A stretch of DNA of 64,000 nucleotides. It comes from Octopus sinensis (lineage: Eukaryota). Numbering within the stretch: position 1 is the stretch's first letter; the number at the start of each line of letters is the position of its first letter. Under the pieces are notes generated by a model. That model had not been told where the DNA came from. It did not search any database and saw only the letters and a list, made by a program, of their open reading frames with translations. The translations under genes and the position numbers were made by a program. Below are positions 24,419-37,248 of this stretch, one piece after another. The stretch is from positions 62,001 through 126,000 of the forward strand of contig NW_021834487.1 of NCBI RefSeq assembly GCF_006345805.1. Reading direction: 5' to 3'.

Positions 24419-24691
24419 GCAGTAATTTAGGCATAGATTTAATTTAAAATTTTCATAATTTTCGCCACTTCTCATTCAGAGTTGCTTATAATTGCCCATG
24501 GTTTATTGAATATTTTCTGTCGTTAAGAGAAATTTGAAGACATACAGTATAAACTCTTTGGCTTAGCTACTCATAGAGACGTATTCACTCAAAAACACAT
24601 AAGCTCACACATACATAGAGGAAACTCAAGCTTATTTATAACATCGTACATATACATAGATTTGATATACATGAATACACACAAACACACC

Positions 24692-24762
<71 letters not shown>

Positions 24763-25217
24763 GTGTATGTATATGTATATATGTGTGTGTGTTGTACATG
24801 CAAAATGTTAACGTACACAAATGCATACACATTTGTATATTTACACATACATATTTACACACATACATATATGCAAATACACATACACACACCTACGTAA
24901 TACACACATGCATAAATATCTACATTTAAAGTTATATAAACATATATATCGCACACATATACATATGCGTGTAGTGCGATCTATTGGTGTATGTGTCTAT
25001 AAGCGCACACAGTGAAATGGAGAGATGTGGAAGAGACTGAGAAATTATTAAGATTCATATGGCAGAAATTTGATTCATATTTCCTCATGGAATATTGATA
25101 GAAAACAGTGATACATCATATTGATGGCATTATAGTCAGACAAACATACACACATACTCAAACACGCAATGACTATATATACATATATATATGTATGTAT
25201 GTATATATATATATATA

Positions 25218-25248
<31 letters not shown>

Positions 25249-25520
25249 TGTATGTATGTATGTATGTATGTATGTATGTATGTATGTATATATATATATA
25301 TATGTATGTATATATATATATGTATATATGTATATATATATATATATATGTATACACATATACACAAAGACGCACGCACACACATTTATGTCCTTCTGCT
25401 TTGCAGTTACTTTTAACGATATTGAATAAGACGAAGCTGCATCTATGAGTACTTGTCTGTGTATGTATCTGTGGTGTACATGTGCCTATATATTTTCATA
25501 TATATACATACATACATACA

Positions 25521-25554
<34 letters not shown>

Positions 25555-25763
25555 CATACATACATACATATGTATATCTTCGTGTGTTTCTGTGTGTGTC
25601 TGTGCATATGTATACCCAATACATACACACGATTTTACATATGGAGCGTAGTCAAAACGATGGTCGTTAAAAGTAACTGAATTGTATATATATATATGCA
25701 TGCACACACACTCATATATATATATATATATATATACACTCATATATATATATATATATCTAC

Positions 25764-25816
<53 letters not shown>

Positions 25817-25871
25817 CATACATACATATATATACAAGTGGGTATCTACTATCAATCTTTATATATATATA

Positions 25872-27095
25872 CAGATGTTGGACATAATAATGGAAACACC
25901 TTAAAATTTCAAGCAAATTTATTCTAACATGGGGTAGGACCACCTTTGGCAGTAATTACAGCTTGAATTCTACGAGGTATGAACTCGTACGAAGTTTGAA
26001 TTGTTTCCAAAGGAATTTTTGTCCATTCTTCAGTTAAAACAGCCTTCAGTTCTTGTAGTGATGATGGTGGAGGATATCAACTCCTTACTTATTTTTCTAA
26101 AATGCACCATAAATGTTCAATAATATTGAGATCTGTGAACTGTGGTGGCCAGACAAGATGTTCAGCTTCACTTGAATGTTCCTCGTGCCATTGAGTAACA
26201 ACTTTAGCTGTGTGAATTGGTGCATTACAATCCTGAAAGATTGCGTTTCCCTCCGGATGAATTTGATCAGATAGAATGCTTAAACAGTCTTGATTATTAA
26301 TTCTGCCATGAAGGGAAACCATTGGGCTAGCGGATTTTGAAGATATAGCCTGCCAGATCATTACAGATCCTCCTCCATGTTTAACAGTTCGAAGACGGCA
26401 GTCTGGGTCAAACGCTTCTTTTGGCTTTCTCCACGCATATAATCGGCCGGAGGTCGAGTATAAGGTAAAAGATGACTCGTCCGAGAAAATAACATTCTTT
26501 CACTGCTCTAGGGACCAATTCTGTAGGTTTTCACTCCACTCTAAACGCTTTGCAACGTTTATTTCTGAAAGTAGTTTTCTGATTGCAGCCCTCTCGTGAA
26601 ATCCCACCTTGTGCAGCTCCCGACTAACAGTTTCTGTTCGATGAGGTCATTAACCTCTTCAGTAACTTGGGAGCTGTACTTTTGTGATAATTTCTAACAA
26701 TTCGCGTAAGATTCCAACGGTCCCTATCTGAAAGTTTTGGTTTTCTTCTGGAGTTTTGTTTCGACGAGTAGGTTTTCCCGCTTTCTCAAATGCTGTCTTT
26801 ACTTTCGAGACAGTACTACTTGATATACCAAACATTTTGGCTGTTTTCGTTACGCTAGCGCCTGCCATACGAGCACCAACAATTTGACCTCTTTGAAAGT
26901 CCGATGGATTTGTCATTTTAATGAATTTTTATTACTCTTTCCTGATATCTGAAAAGAAAAAACAATTTTAGCAAGACATATTAAGTAACACTAATAATAA
27001 ATAAAAAAAACATAAAAATAAACAAATTTTTGACGTTTTTATAGATATTTCAAAATTATGATGCTAGGTTTTGTCCTTTATTTTGTCCACACCTG
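25872..27095 (-). mobile_element. Near full-length Tc1-family DNA transposon (1224 bp) with a disrupted transposase
   Basis: Imperfect TIRs of ~28 bp (CAGATGTTGGACATAATAATGG at left; CAGGTGTGGACAAAATAAAGG on the minus strand at right) flanked by TA. Frameshifted ORF 26916 to 25924: SDFQRGQIVGARMAG...IFSD...KHGGGSVMIW...FQDCNAPIH...WPPQFTDLNIIEHLW. Confidence 0.93.
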
Positions 27096-27101
27096 TATAT
27101 A

Positions 27102-27145
<44 letters not shown>

Positions 27146-27217
27146 ATATATACATATATATAATATATATATAGATATATATATATAATAAATAAATAAA
27201 TAAATATATATATATAT

Positions 27218-27251
<34 letters not shown>

Positions 27252-27329
27252 ATCCATATATATAAATATATTATATAGATATATAATATATAAATAAATA
27301 ATAAATAAATATATATATATTATATATTA

Positions 27330-27373
<44 letters not shown>

Positions 27374-27785
27374 ATATATACATATATATATATTTAACTA
27401 TTGACATGTTATATGTAGGTGTATGTGCATCTATGTTTGAATGTATGTTAATTTTCTGTGCGTACAGTCTATATGTTTGCACAGATGAGTAAAGAGTGTA
27501 CACCACAGCACTGATTAAGAAATCACAGGTGATTTGCAGCTGAATTCCCCTTTTAAATGACCTCCTTCGAGAGTTGCATTCGGTATGATATGTTTATTTA
27601 TTTTAGTAGTTTTGACTTTGAGAGTGCCTCCTAGCGTGTGGTATTTATGTGTATATAATATAAATAAATATATTTCAGTGAAAAAATTGGTGGACTTTTT
27701 TTCTTATGAGATTTTTTCACGCTGACTACTTAATAAATTCTTATGAATTTTATCCTATTTTTAAATTGGATGGTTTTTTATTAAA

Positions 27786-27836
<51 letters not shown>

Positions 27837-28356
27837 TGTATATGTATGTATGTATGTATATATGTATGTTTTTCTGATTGCTTTTATGAAAAAAAATTTG
27901 AAATAATAATAATAACGTTTTGCGTTAATCTGATGAGTTACTTAATACCTTTGTAAAGTACAAATTTATTATCCTTAAGCAAGAATGTTGTGCACAGTAA
28001 CTTCGAAGTCATTGTCAACAACATTCTTGCTTAAATATAGTATAATAAAGTATATATATGTATATGTGTGTGTGTTTGTGTGTGTGTGTGCAAGTATATA
28101 TGCATATATATATGTATATGTACATATATATATGTAAATATGTATACTCACACACACACACACTCAATACTATATAAATATATATGTAGCTATGCGTGTA
28201 TATTAATTGCTGTTGAGTAGAACGATAACTTTGTAGTAAAGAAACCAAACTAACAAAAGATGGCTTTACATCTTAATATAGGATTTAGACATGTATTCGG
28301 AAAGCCATACATTCTACATTGGCTAATCCGGAGTATTATGTGTGTGTATCTATATA

Positions 28357-28418
28357 TAAAGGCAGTGTTCCAGCATGGCCGCAGTCAAATGACTGAAACA
28401 AATAAAAGAATAAAAGAA
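28357..28418 (+). mobile_element. Isolated SINE A or CR1-type 3' tail
   Basis: AAAGGCAGTGTTCCAGCATGGCCGCAGTCAAATGACTGAAACAAATAAAAGAATAAAAGA. Confidence 0.8.
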
Positions 28419-28584
28419 ATATTTATATATGTATGTATGTATGTATGTAGTATGTATGTATGTATGTATGTATGTATGTATTTATGTATGTCTCTCTCTC
28501 TCTCTATATATATATATATGTGCATGTATATGAGTGTATGTGTGTATCTGTGTGGGGGGATGTATGTTGGGTGTACATATATAT

Positions 28585-28648
<64 letters not shown>

Positions 28649-28677
28649 ATGTATGTATATGTATTTATGTATGTATG

Positions 28678-28711
<34 letters not shown>

Positions 28712-28801
28712 TGTATGCATGTATGTATGTATGTATCTATGTACAGAGGGAAAAGAGAAAGAGATGGATAGTAAGATAGATAATAATAAGATAGAAATAA
28801 G

Positions 28802-29230
28802 TTTCTTTATTGGCCACACAGGGCTGCACACAGATGGGACAAGTTACAAGGTAGAGCTTTTCTTTTGGGGGGTGAAAAAAACAAAAAAAAAACAAAAGAA
28901 ACAAAAAAAAAGGTGGCGTAGGTTTTCGATCAAAAGGGATCGTAAAAGGGAAAAAAGAACAAAATTTAAAAAAAAGGAAAAGGAACAAAAGAAAAGAGAA
29001 ATGGAAAAAAAGGGGGGAGGGGAAGAGGGAAAAAAACGATCAATAGGGATCGTGTATCACAGTGTTATGATGTATGGTGTTAAGGGGAAAGCAAGTAAGG
29101 TTTATCCGTGGGAAGAAAAGCCTACGAAAAAGACCACGGTAACCTTGGTCAATATTGTTATATGTTACCACATTTGTTTGCAAGTGGGTAACCCTCTGTT
29201 TTCAATTTCTGAAGCAGATAATGTGTGTTG
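28802..29230 (-). mobile_element. Probable 3' UTR of a LINE whose terminus resembles the SINE B1 tail
   Basis: Minus strand ends CCTTGTAACTTGTCCCATCTGTGTGCAGCCCTGTGTGGCCAATAAAGAAA, preceded by a pyrimidine tract and non-SINE sequence. No ORF was recognised. Confidence 0.45.
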
Positions 29231-29713
29231 AATTGAAAGCTTTATATGATGTACAGACGTTTCTGTAAAGTGCCGAAATAATTACGCAATTATGTTTTTC
29301 CAATGATGCATACATAACACCAGTGTCTCACGTCTCACGCAGGTTTCTTTGTATCCTTTCTTGACTCCACCCTTACTTAATCTCTACTCTACTTAATCAT
29401 CCCATAATCCCACTTCTATTTATTTTTTTGTTTCCTCCCGATGTAAACAAGATCTGGAAGACTCACACCGCTAAAGCAATTTTGATGAAGTGTGTCTCTA
29501 ATGTCTAAAACCACAAACATTACGTCAATTTTCACTTTGAACTTTTGCGTAATCTGGCATTTCAAGTAGTGTTGGTACAGAAAGAATTGTAACTGATCGT
29601 TAAAGATATGTTAAAGATCTTTTTATTATTATGTATATTAAATATAGATCGAAAGATAGACAGATATATGCATTCAGTTAAACACACACGCACATGACTA
29701 TATATAATATAAT

Positions 29714-29759
<46 letters not shown>

Positions 29760-30361
29760 TATCACATACATGCATATATCTTTACTTTTATTTTCCTTGT
29801 TCTCAAGAATTTTTGAGTTTTTACATTATCTCTCCCCATCTAATTTTATCGCTATATAGCAATCTGTCCACCTCTTTTGAATTTTCTCAGCTTCACATCT
29901 TGTAAAATACTGGATAAGAAGACAATGTATCTTTTAATGTAAGACAAAGTTTGACGGTTCGTTTCGCATTCCTGTTTCTTAATGTCCTCATAAAATAAAT
30001 GTTTAAGAGAAGCAAACATTTTTTATTTGTGCTTTTGAATGGCTAAAATGTGCCTTCTACGCTGAAATTGTCTTAGTTTCAACACACGGTTTGAGGTCAA
30101 ATTACTTGACAGAGAAGAGTATCTCCGATCATTTCCCCTTGTTTCATATGCTTAGCGATTGTGGCTGTTTTGGCAGGGTTCATGTTGTTAGTTAAAAGTG
30201 AGTAGTGGGACAGCATTTGCTTGTGTTGGCGTATCAGAAGCTATTGGGGTTTATATCGTAGCCGTTTGGCGTCGAAACTATAATGAAAGTTATTTTATTT
30301 CATTTTCTTAGAATATGACATAATGTCTCTCGTGCAACAGTCATTATTCTAATCTGTCTTA

Positions 30362-30735
30362 AGGTGGCGATCTCTCCGAATCGTTAGGTCAACGAAAAAG
30401 ATGCCCAGGGACTCACCGATGTCGATTTTATATTTCATTCTTTCGGGGATGTTGAACACTGGGGTCGATGTAGTTGACTATCCTCTCCTTCAAAATTGAT
30501 GGCCTTCTGCCAATATTTGAAACCATTTAAGGTAGTGAGCTGACAGAGCCATTGCAGCACCAGACAAAACAATTCCGGCTTTACTTTCCGGATACAAATT
30601 CAACCAAGGTTGACTTTGATTCTCATTCCATGGGAATCGTTTAAATAAAGTACCAGTGAGTATGGGAATGATGAAGTAAAAAAAAAAAAACCCTGTCACT
30701 TAATTTCCGTTTTTGTGCTTATAATAAAAATGATT
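30362..30735 (+). mobile_element. Two old tandem SINE B2-type copies
   Basis: Two AAGGT(G/A)G(C/T)GA(T/G)CT heads with degenerate CORE blocks and CAAAATTGATGGCCTT-type tails. Confidence 0.6.
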
Positions 30736-30799
30736 ATTTTATCCTATTTTTTCATAGACTGGAAAGTGTAATTGGAGTGCTACTTGGTAACATTTTCCA

Positions 30800-30845
30800 A
30801 CACAGTTCTATATCTAAGAGATGAGGAATTATGTACATTATTTAT
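30800..30845 (-). mobile_element. 3' tail fragment of the HHR-bearing SINE
   Basis: Minus strand ATAATGTACATAATTCCTCATCTCTTAGATATAGAACTGT matches the tail of the 53059 copy. Confidence 0.7.
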
Positions 30846-30867
30846 AATAATAATAATAATAATGATA

Positions 30868-30921
<54 letters not shown>

Positions 30922-31084
30922 TAATAATAAAAAAAAAAAATTTTTTTTTTAATTTAAAAAAAAATGAACGAACTACTGAGTTTGGTTTAATGGCCTACCA
31001 ATGTATACTATGAGTTTATTTGCCCTAGGAGTCGGGAAGACACTCGGCAAGAAATGGAAGCAAATTTGAAAGAAGAAAAAAAAA

Positions 31085-31134
<50 letters not shown>

Positions 31135-31161
31135 ACTACTACTACTACTACTACTCACTAC

Positions 31162-31214
<53 letters not shown>

Positions 31215-31215
<1 letters not shown>

Positions 31216-31340
31216 GCAGAACACTTTCCATACATAAACATCAGAGCATCACAAAAAATTACAGCACATACCCAAGGCACACAGAGCTGCACTCGGTAGT
31301 GAAGTGAAAGCACGCTATAAAAATAAAACTCCTGAATAAT
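31215..31340 (+). mobile_element. Probable extreme 3' end of an R4/Dong-like element embedded in (AAT)n
   Basis: Begins AGCAGAACACTTTCCATA (RTLSI, RLE-like final residues); short UTR runs into (AAT)n, with (AAT)n on both sides. Clade is inferred. Confidence 0.55.
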
Positions 31341-31426
31341 AGTGATAATAATAATAATAATAACAATAATAATAATAAAATAATAAATATTAATAATAAT
31401 AATAATAATAATAATATAATATAATA

Positions 31427-31471
<45 letters not shown>

Positions 31472-31490
31472 TGTAATAATAATAATAATA

Positions 31491-31521
<31 letters not shown>

Positions 31522-31522
31522 T

Positions 31523-31561
<39 letters not shown>

Positions 31562-31564
<3 letters not shown>

Positions 31565-31690
31565 TCAGATATACGTTAGGAATGAGAACCTAGGTTCGAA
31601 ATTTCCCCAAGACATCTGATGGTTGTATTAACAACAAAAAAGATGAGGACAAATATCCGCCAAATGTAAATAATGTAAATAATGGACATT
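31562..31690 (+). mobile_element. HHR-SINE 3' half with the ribozyme core deleted
   Basis: GGAATGAGAACCTAGGTTCGAAATTTCCCCAAGACATCTGATG joined directly to GTTGTATTAACAAC...GATGAGGACAAATATCCG. Confidence 0.85.
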
Positions 31691-31994
31691 TTCCAACAGT
31701 TTACGTGATTCATGGTTCGGTTTATTTTGTTACTGTTGTTGATGATGTGTTTGAGGCCTTCATGCACAATACCAATGGCTGTTTTAGTTACTACTTCTTA
31801 CATATCGTAAACTACAGATAACGTCTAGGCATGCGGCTGCGCATACTCATCATTGACAAAGCGCATCAAACCCGAAATACATCTAGAGCTCTCACCGCTG
31901 CTGAGACGCACCTTTGTCTCTCTCTCCGATATAGTTTTTGTACGACCATTAGACATGTTAACCTGGAAGAATACCGCAGTAACTTGCCTGCCAA

Positions 31995-32032
<38 letters not shown>

Positions 32033-32126
32033 GCTATGTACAATTATATATACATGCATACGTACATAAATGCACATGTACACATGGATGCAGGCATGTA
32101 TATACCTGCATGCATGTGTGTGTATG

Positions 32127-32161
<35 letters not shown>

Positions 32162-32188
32162 ATGTACACATAGATATACATATATATG

Positions 32189-32228
<40 letters not shown>

Positions 32229-32312
32229 CGTATATATATAGACACACATGCACACACACATACACACACGAAAAGAAAGAGCAACATGCTTTATGTTTAC
32301 GAGTTAAAATGA

Positions 32313-32349
<37 letters not shown>

Positions 32350-33777
32350 TGTGCGCGCGTGTTGCGTGCGTGTGAGGGAGAATGAGAGAGAATTTTGTGA
32401 TTGTGTAGCACAGAGAGGGTGAAAAGGGTGAAAGAGAAAAAGAGAGAGGGAGGGGCATAGGAGGAGGAGGAGTTAGATCACTTCAATGATGTTATATAAT
32501 TTATTTGCCTTTCATGCCCAGTGAGCTATCAATTTCATGAAGATGACGCTGGCTTCGTTTCGATTTACTGTCAATTCAGAGTTGTCTTATTACACTAGAC
32601 AGACAAGTGAGTATTTAAACTAGAGATTTTTCATAAACACACACACACATATAACATAGTACTGAGTTATGTGTATGAATGTTTGCACATATTTGTATGT
32701 ATGTGTGTGTGAGGGTGTGTGCGTATGTGTGCAAGTGTGTGGTATAGAAAACGAGAGAGAGAGAGAGTTACAGACCGATATCGTGTCTTATAATTTATAA
32801 TGTATATAAGGCATGCTTATATTAAATCTATGTGCCTATCTATCAATCTATCTGGTAATCATTTCACTTCTAAATAATTATTTATGAATAAATTTTGTAC
32901 AGAGACACATGTATGCGTGTGTATATGTATGTGTATAAACACATGCTCATACAAATGTGTTTAGATTTGTGTTTGCGCGCATGCATAGAAGGAGGGAGTG
33001 AGTGAGAAAGAATAGTGTCATACAGATGTAAGAATAATATGATATATTCGAGTAATATTGGCTTATTCATAAAGGAGCTAATACGTCGGTGAACGCTTAT
33101 TAGAATTATTTAAAGAAGTCATGCTAAAATGTATGTGCGCACACAACCACACAAACATATAGATATCCATATATATATATATAGGCATAGAAATATATAT
33201 ACATAGGCAGACGTGGGTGTACGCGCGTCTGTAATATAAACGTCGTTTTTGATAAACGTTCTCATTGCAGTATTGCAGGTCAAATGTCAGAGCAATGTGA
33301 AGACTATTTGTACGAATCATGGCAAACCTAACCTCGTGACTATATTTTCTGCCATCCTTCAGTTAGTTGTGGCCTATTGTAACAAATCTCCTCCTTTACC
33401 TTGGCGGGGAGTAAAGCTAATACGATGCTACCTTACGCTTTATTAAAAAAGGGAGATAACAAGAAAGGCATTGTCTGACAATTGCAACATTCCATGATAA
33501 GACGCAGCTACCGACATCGTCTTTATTTGTAGCTAAATATATGTAAAACTCCTTTGGTTAGCTTGTATTTGTAAATACACATACACACGCTGGTGTGGGA
33601 ACACATACAAGTAGTATACAATTTAATAAACGTTAAAAAGGACATCGCAAGAAGGCCAAAGTTTGAAAAATAAGATAAAGAGGTATCTTAATCTTTCGGA
33701 TGATAGTATTTCCTCATAAGCAAGATAGAGAAATATATAAAAGAGAGTGGGAAAGGAAAATGGTGATCCTATCTGTA

Positions 33778-33939
33778 TGAAGGGGTGCTGAAAAGTTCCA
33801 GGCTTTGGATAAAAGAAAATACATTTATTGCAGCGGTCCTTCACTTTTTCTAACCCCTGTAAAAGAACTTGGAAGGTTGGGCCACAAACCAGGCCTTTCG
33901 CGACACCCTTAAAGCCAGGAACTTTTCAGCACCTCCTCG
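33778..33939. mobile_element. Mariner-type MITE with ~30 bp TIRs
   Basis: TGAAGGGGTGCTGAAAAGTTCCAGGCTTT and AAAGCCAGGAACTTTTCAGCACCTCCTCG, flanked by TA. Confidence 0.85.
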
Positions 33940-34408
33940 TATTGTCTTCTTCAATGCTTACTGTTATTACAACATGTATTCAACACTGATGCAGACCTCC
34001 TTTGGATTAGATCTCGGAACTTCATCTTTGATCCACAAATTGGATGACCAAAAGGATTATCTTCTCTCCTTCTCTCTCTCTCTCTTACTAAATATATATA
34101 TATCTATATATCTATATATATATATCTATATATAATCTATATTAATACATATATATATATGTATGTATGTATATATAAATATGTACGTATGTATAGATAT
34201 ATATAGTTATATAGATAAATATTCTATAATTATAAACATAATTATAATTATGGGTCAGCTGATTGCTCCACTACATACCGAATTTAGATATATGAATTAA
34301 AAAATTCCTTTTCTATTACCGTAAGAATCTCCCAGACAGTAACACACTTTTTTACGTAGGCAAAAAAAAAAAAGAAAAGTAATAATGAATCCACACGACT
34401 TCGATTAG

Positions 34409-34464
34409 CCACAAACGCGTTTCGAGATTAAAGTATGTTTACTTATTTCTCATCATCAGTGTAG
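34409..34464 (-). ncRNA. Minimal type I hammerhead ribozyme with a complete core
   Basis: CTACA-CTGATGA-T-GAGA...TCTC-GAAA-C-GC-GT-T-TGTGG. Helix I 5 bp; helix II 4 bp plus an internal AAGTA/TACTT stem; palindromic ACGCGT helix III. Confidence 0.8.
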
Positions 34465-34597
34465 CATTCTGAATATAAAATTTGAAAGTGCTAGGGTTAA
34501 ATATGTACACGATCGAGCCTCAACGCGCAACAGCTATCCAACCAACACTTCCAAAATTTACACAGCCAAATATATTATCAATATATATAATAATAAT

Positions 34598-34759
34598 AGG
34601 CGTAGGAGTGGCTGTCTGGTCAGTAGCTTGCTTACGAACCACATGGTCCGGGTTCAGTCCCACTGCGTGGCACCTTGGGCAAGTTTCTTTTACTATATCC
34701 TCGGGCCGACCAAAATCTTCTCAGGGATTTCTTAGACGGAAACTGAAAGAAGCCCGTCG

Positions 34760-34818
<59 letters not shown>

Positions 34819-35295
34819 ATATATGTATAATATGTACGTATGTGTATATGTTTGTGTGTCTGTGTTTGTCTCTCCAACATCTGTTTCTTTATTACCCACA
34901 AGGGGCTACACACAGAGGGGACAAACAAGGACAGACAAACGGATTAAGACGATTACATCGACCCCAGTGCGTAACTGGTACTTAATTTATCGACCCCGAA
35001 AGGATGAAAAGCAAAGTCGACCTCGGTGGAATTTGAACTCAGAACGTAACGGCAGATGAAATACGGTTACGTATTTTTCCCGGCATGCTAACGATTCTGC
35101 CAGCTCGCCGCCTTCATCGCTTGACAACCGATGCTATTGTGTTTACGTCCCCGTAACATAGCGATTCGGCATAAGAGAGCGATAGAATAAGTACTAGGCT
35201 TACAAAGAATTGATTTGCTCGACTAAAGGCGGTGCTCTAGCCTGGCCACAGTTAAATGACTGAAACAAGTAAAAAAGTAAAAGAGTAAAAGAGTA
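34598..35295 (+). mobile_element. SINE A interrupted by an antisense SINE B (34880-35113)
   Basis: A head 34598-34770, microsatellite, complete B1 copy on the minus strand, then the A tail resumes at CATCGCTTGACAACC. Confidence 0.9.
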
Positions 35296-36314
35296 TATAT
35301 GTCTCTCTCTCTCTCTGTATAGATAGATAGATATAGATTGATATAGATATAGCTGTATGTATGTATGTGTGAAACAGAGAGAGAGAGAGAGAGAGAGAGA
35401 GTGTGGTGTGTGTGTGTGTGGTGTGTGAAGAAGAAGGAGAAAATAGCACGCCGAGCAAAATGTTTAGGGGCTTCTCTTCTGGGTTTACGTTCTGAACTCA
35501 AATGCCGCTGAGATCGATTCTCCCTTTCATCTGTTTAGGTTCAATAAAATAAATGCCAACTAAACATCCCCTCAACATCCCTGAACAAACACCCTCCCCA
35601 CAAAATTTTCAGACCTTTTACTTATAGTAGAAAAGATATGTATGTGTATATTGGTATATGCATATGTATATATATATGTGTGCGTGTGTCGGCGTGTGTG
35701 TGGCTACGTACATGTGTACGTATGTACGTATGTATAGACAATGCATGTCTATGTATACACACATACACATACACAGAGGTATTCCTGATTTTACTCCTAT
35801 TTCATTTAAACCCATTGGCAATAACACCTGTTTGAAATTTATCCAAGACACGCATATTCTCTTACCAATCATCACAGAGCTCAGGTGAATATTTACTAAA
35901 CAACATCTGTTCGTTTTGTTTACAAACCATTATGTTTGAAGAATTCTTACATTATTCTGTGTTTTGAAGTGGTTTCTGATTTATCCTAAGACATCTCATT
36001 CAATAATTACTTATGTGCTTATTCTTTTCTAATTAAGTGCGTTATTTAGCTACTTCAACAGATTTCTTTGTGATTTGATAGGAATTGCAAACAGTATTTG
36101 TCTGTTTACTGTTCTAAGATGATTACTGTTTATAGGAAATTTTATTATTTTAAAGTGAGTTAATTTTGTAATGATGCGAAGAGAACAAAGGAAGAGCCAT
36201 GTCGTGTAAAAGAATTTGAACGACTCCTAAGTGCTCAAAACCATGGAATAAAGAATCTTTGAGTTATACGTATAGGCATAGCTTCGCGTTTTGGAAGCAC
36301 GCTTTACAATTACT

Positions 36315-36625
36315 GAATTTGAACTCATAACGTTAAGAAAGACGAAACACCGCTAAGAATTTCGTCCAGCGTGCTAACGTTTCTGCCAGATCGCCGCCTT
36401 AAATGGAGAGAATATTCTTTCCTACTCTAGCCACAAGGCCCGAAATTTCTGGTGAGGGGACCAGCCGATTAGATCGACAATAGTACTCAACTGGTACTTA
36501 ACTTATCGACTCTGAAAGGATAAAAGTCAAAGTCGACCTCGGCGGAATTTGAACTCAGATTGTAATGACGAAATACCGCTAAACATTTTGCCCGGCGTGC
36601 TAACGTTTCTGCCAGCTCGCCACCT
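36315..36625 (-). mobile_element. SINE B2 copy inserted directly 5' of a B head
   Basis: CCTTAAATGGA occurs at ~36397 and ~36623, flanking the B2 copy like a TSD. Confidence 0.8.
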
Positions 36626-36942
36626 TAAATGGAAAAAAAAAAAAAAAAAAAAAATTTAAAGTTGTGAATGAAGAGATATGAAACAGAAAATACAATAAAT
36701 TGAGTCATGATATTTTCTGTGATGAGGCATTTTAAAATCTTTTGTCTTTTACTGTTTTCAATAATTTGATTGCGGATAGGCTGGGGCACCGCCTTGTAGG
36801 GTTTTCTTTAAGCTTGGTAGTCTATCACTTAGGCTGAGCTGGTACGTTACGGAGAAGTGAACATACCGACACATGTGGTTAAGTGGTAGGGGACAAGCAG
36901 AAGCACTAGGACACACATAAATACATGCATATCACTCTCCCT

Positions 36943-36975
<33 letters not shown>

Positions 36976-37248
36976 CCTCTCTCTTTCTCTCTGCATATAT
37001 ATATGACCCCCTTTGAAAATGGGGTCATAACCCCGAAATACTGAATACAAGGTAAGTATTAATTCACATATTGTTTCTGGTGATTTATCTTGCATTTACT
37101 TTGCATTTTGTTTGGCCTTCCCATGGTCTTTTATACAATACATATATATATATTAACTTTATATATATATTATATATATAGATATATATATATATATAAT
37201 ATGTATTACTATATATATATATATGATACATATATATATATATATATA

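Noticed and set aside
28260-29231. 323 aa ORF, the longest in the track
   Set aside because: It runs through a SINE tail, microsatellites and the purine-rich antisense strand of a probable LINE UTR; no domain is recognisable.
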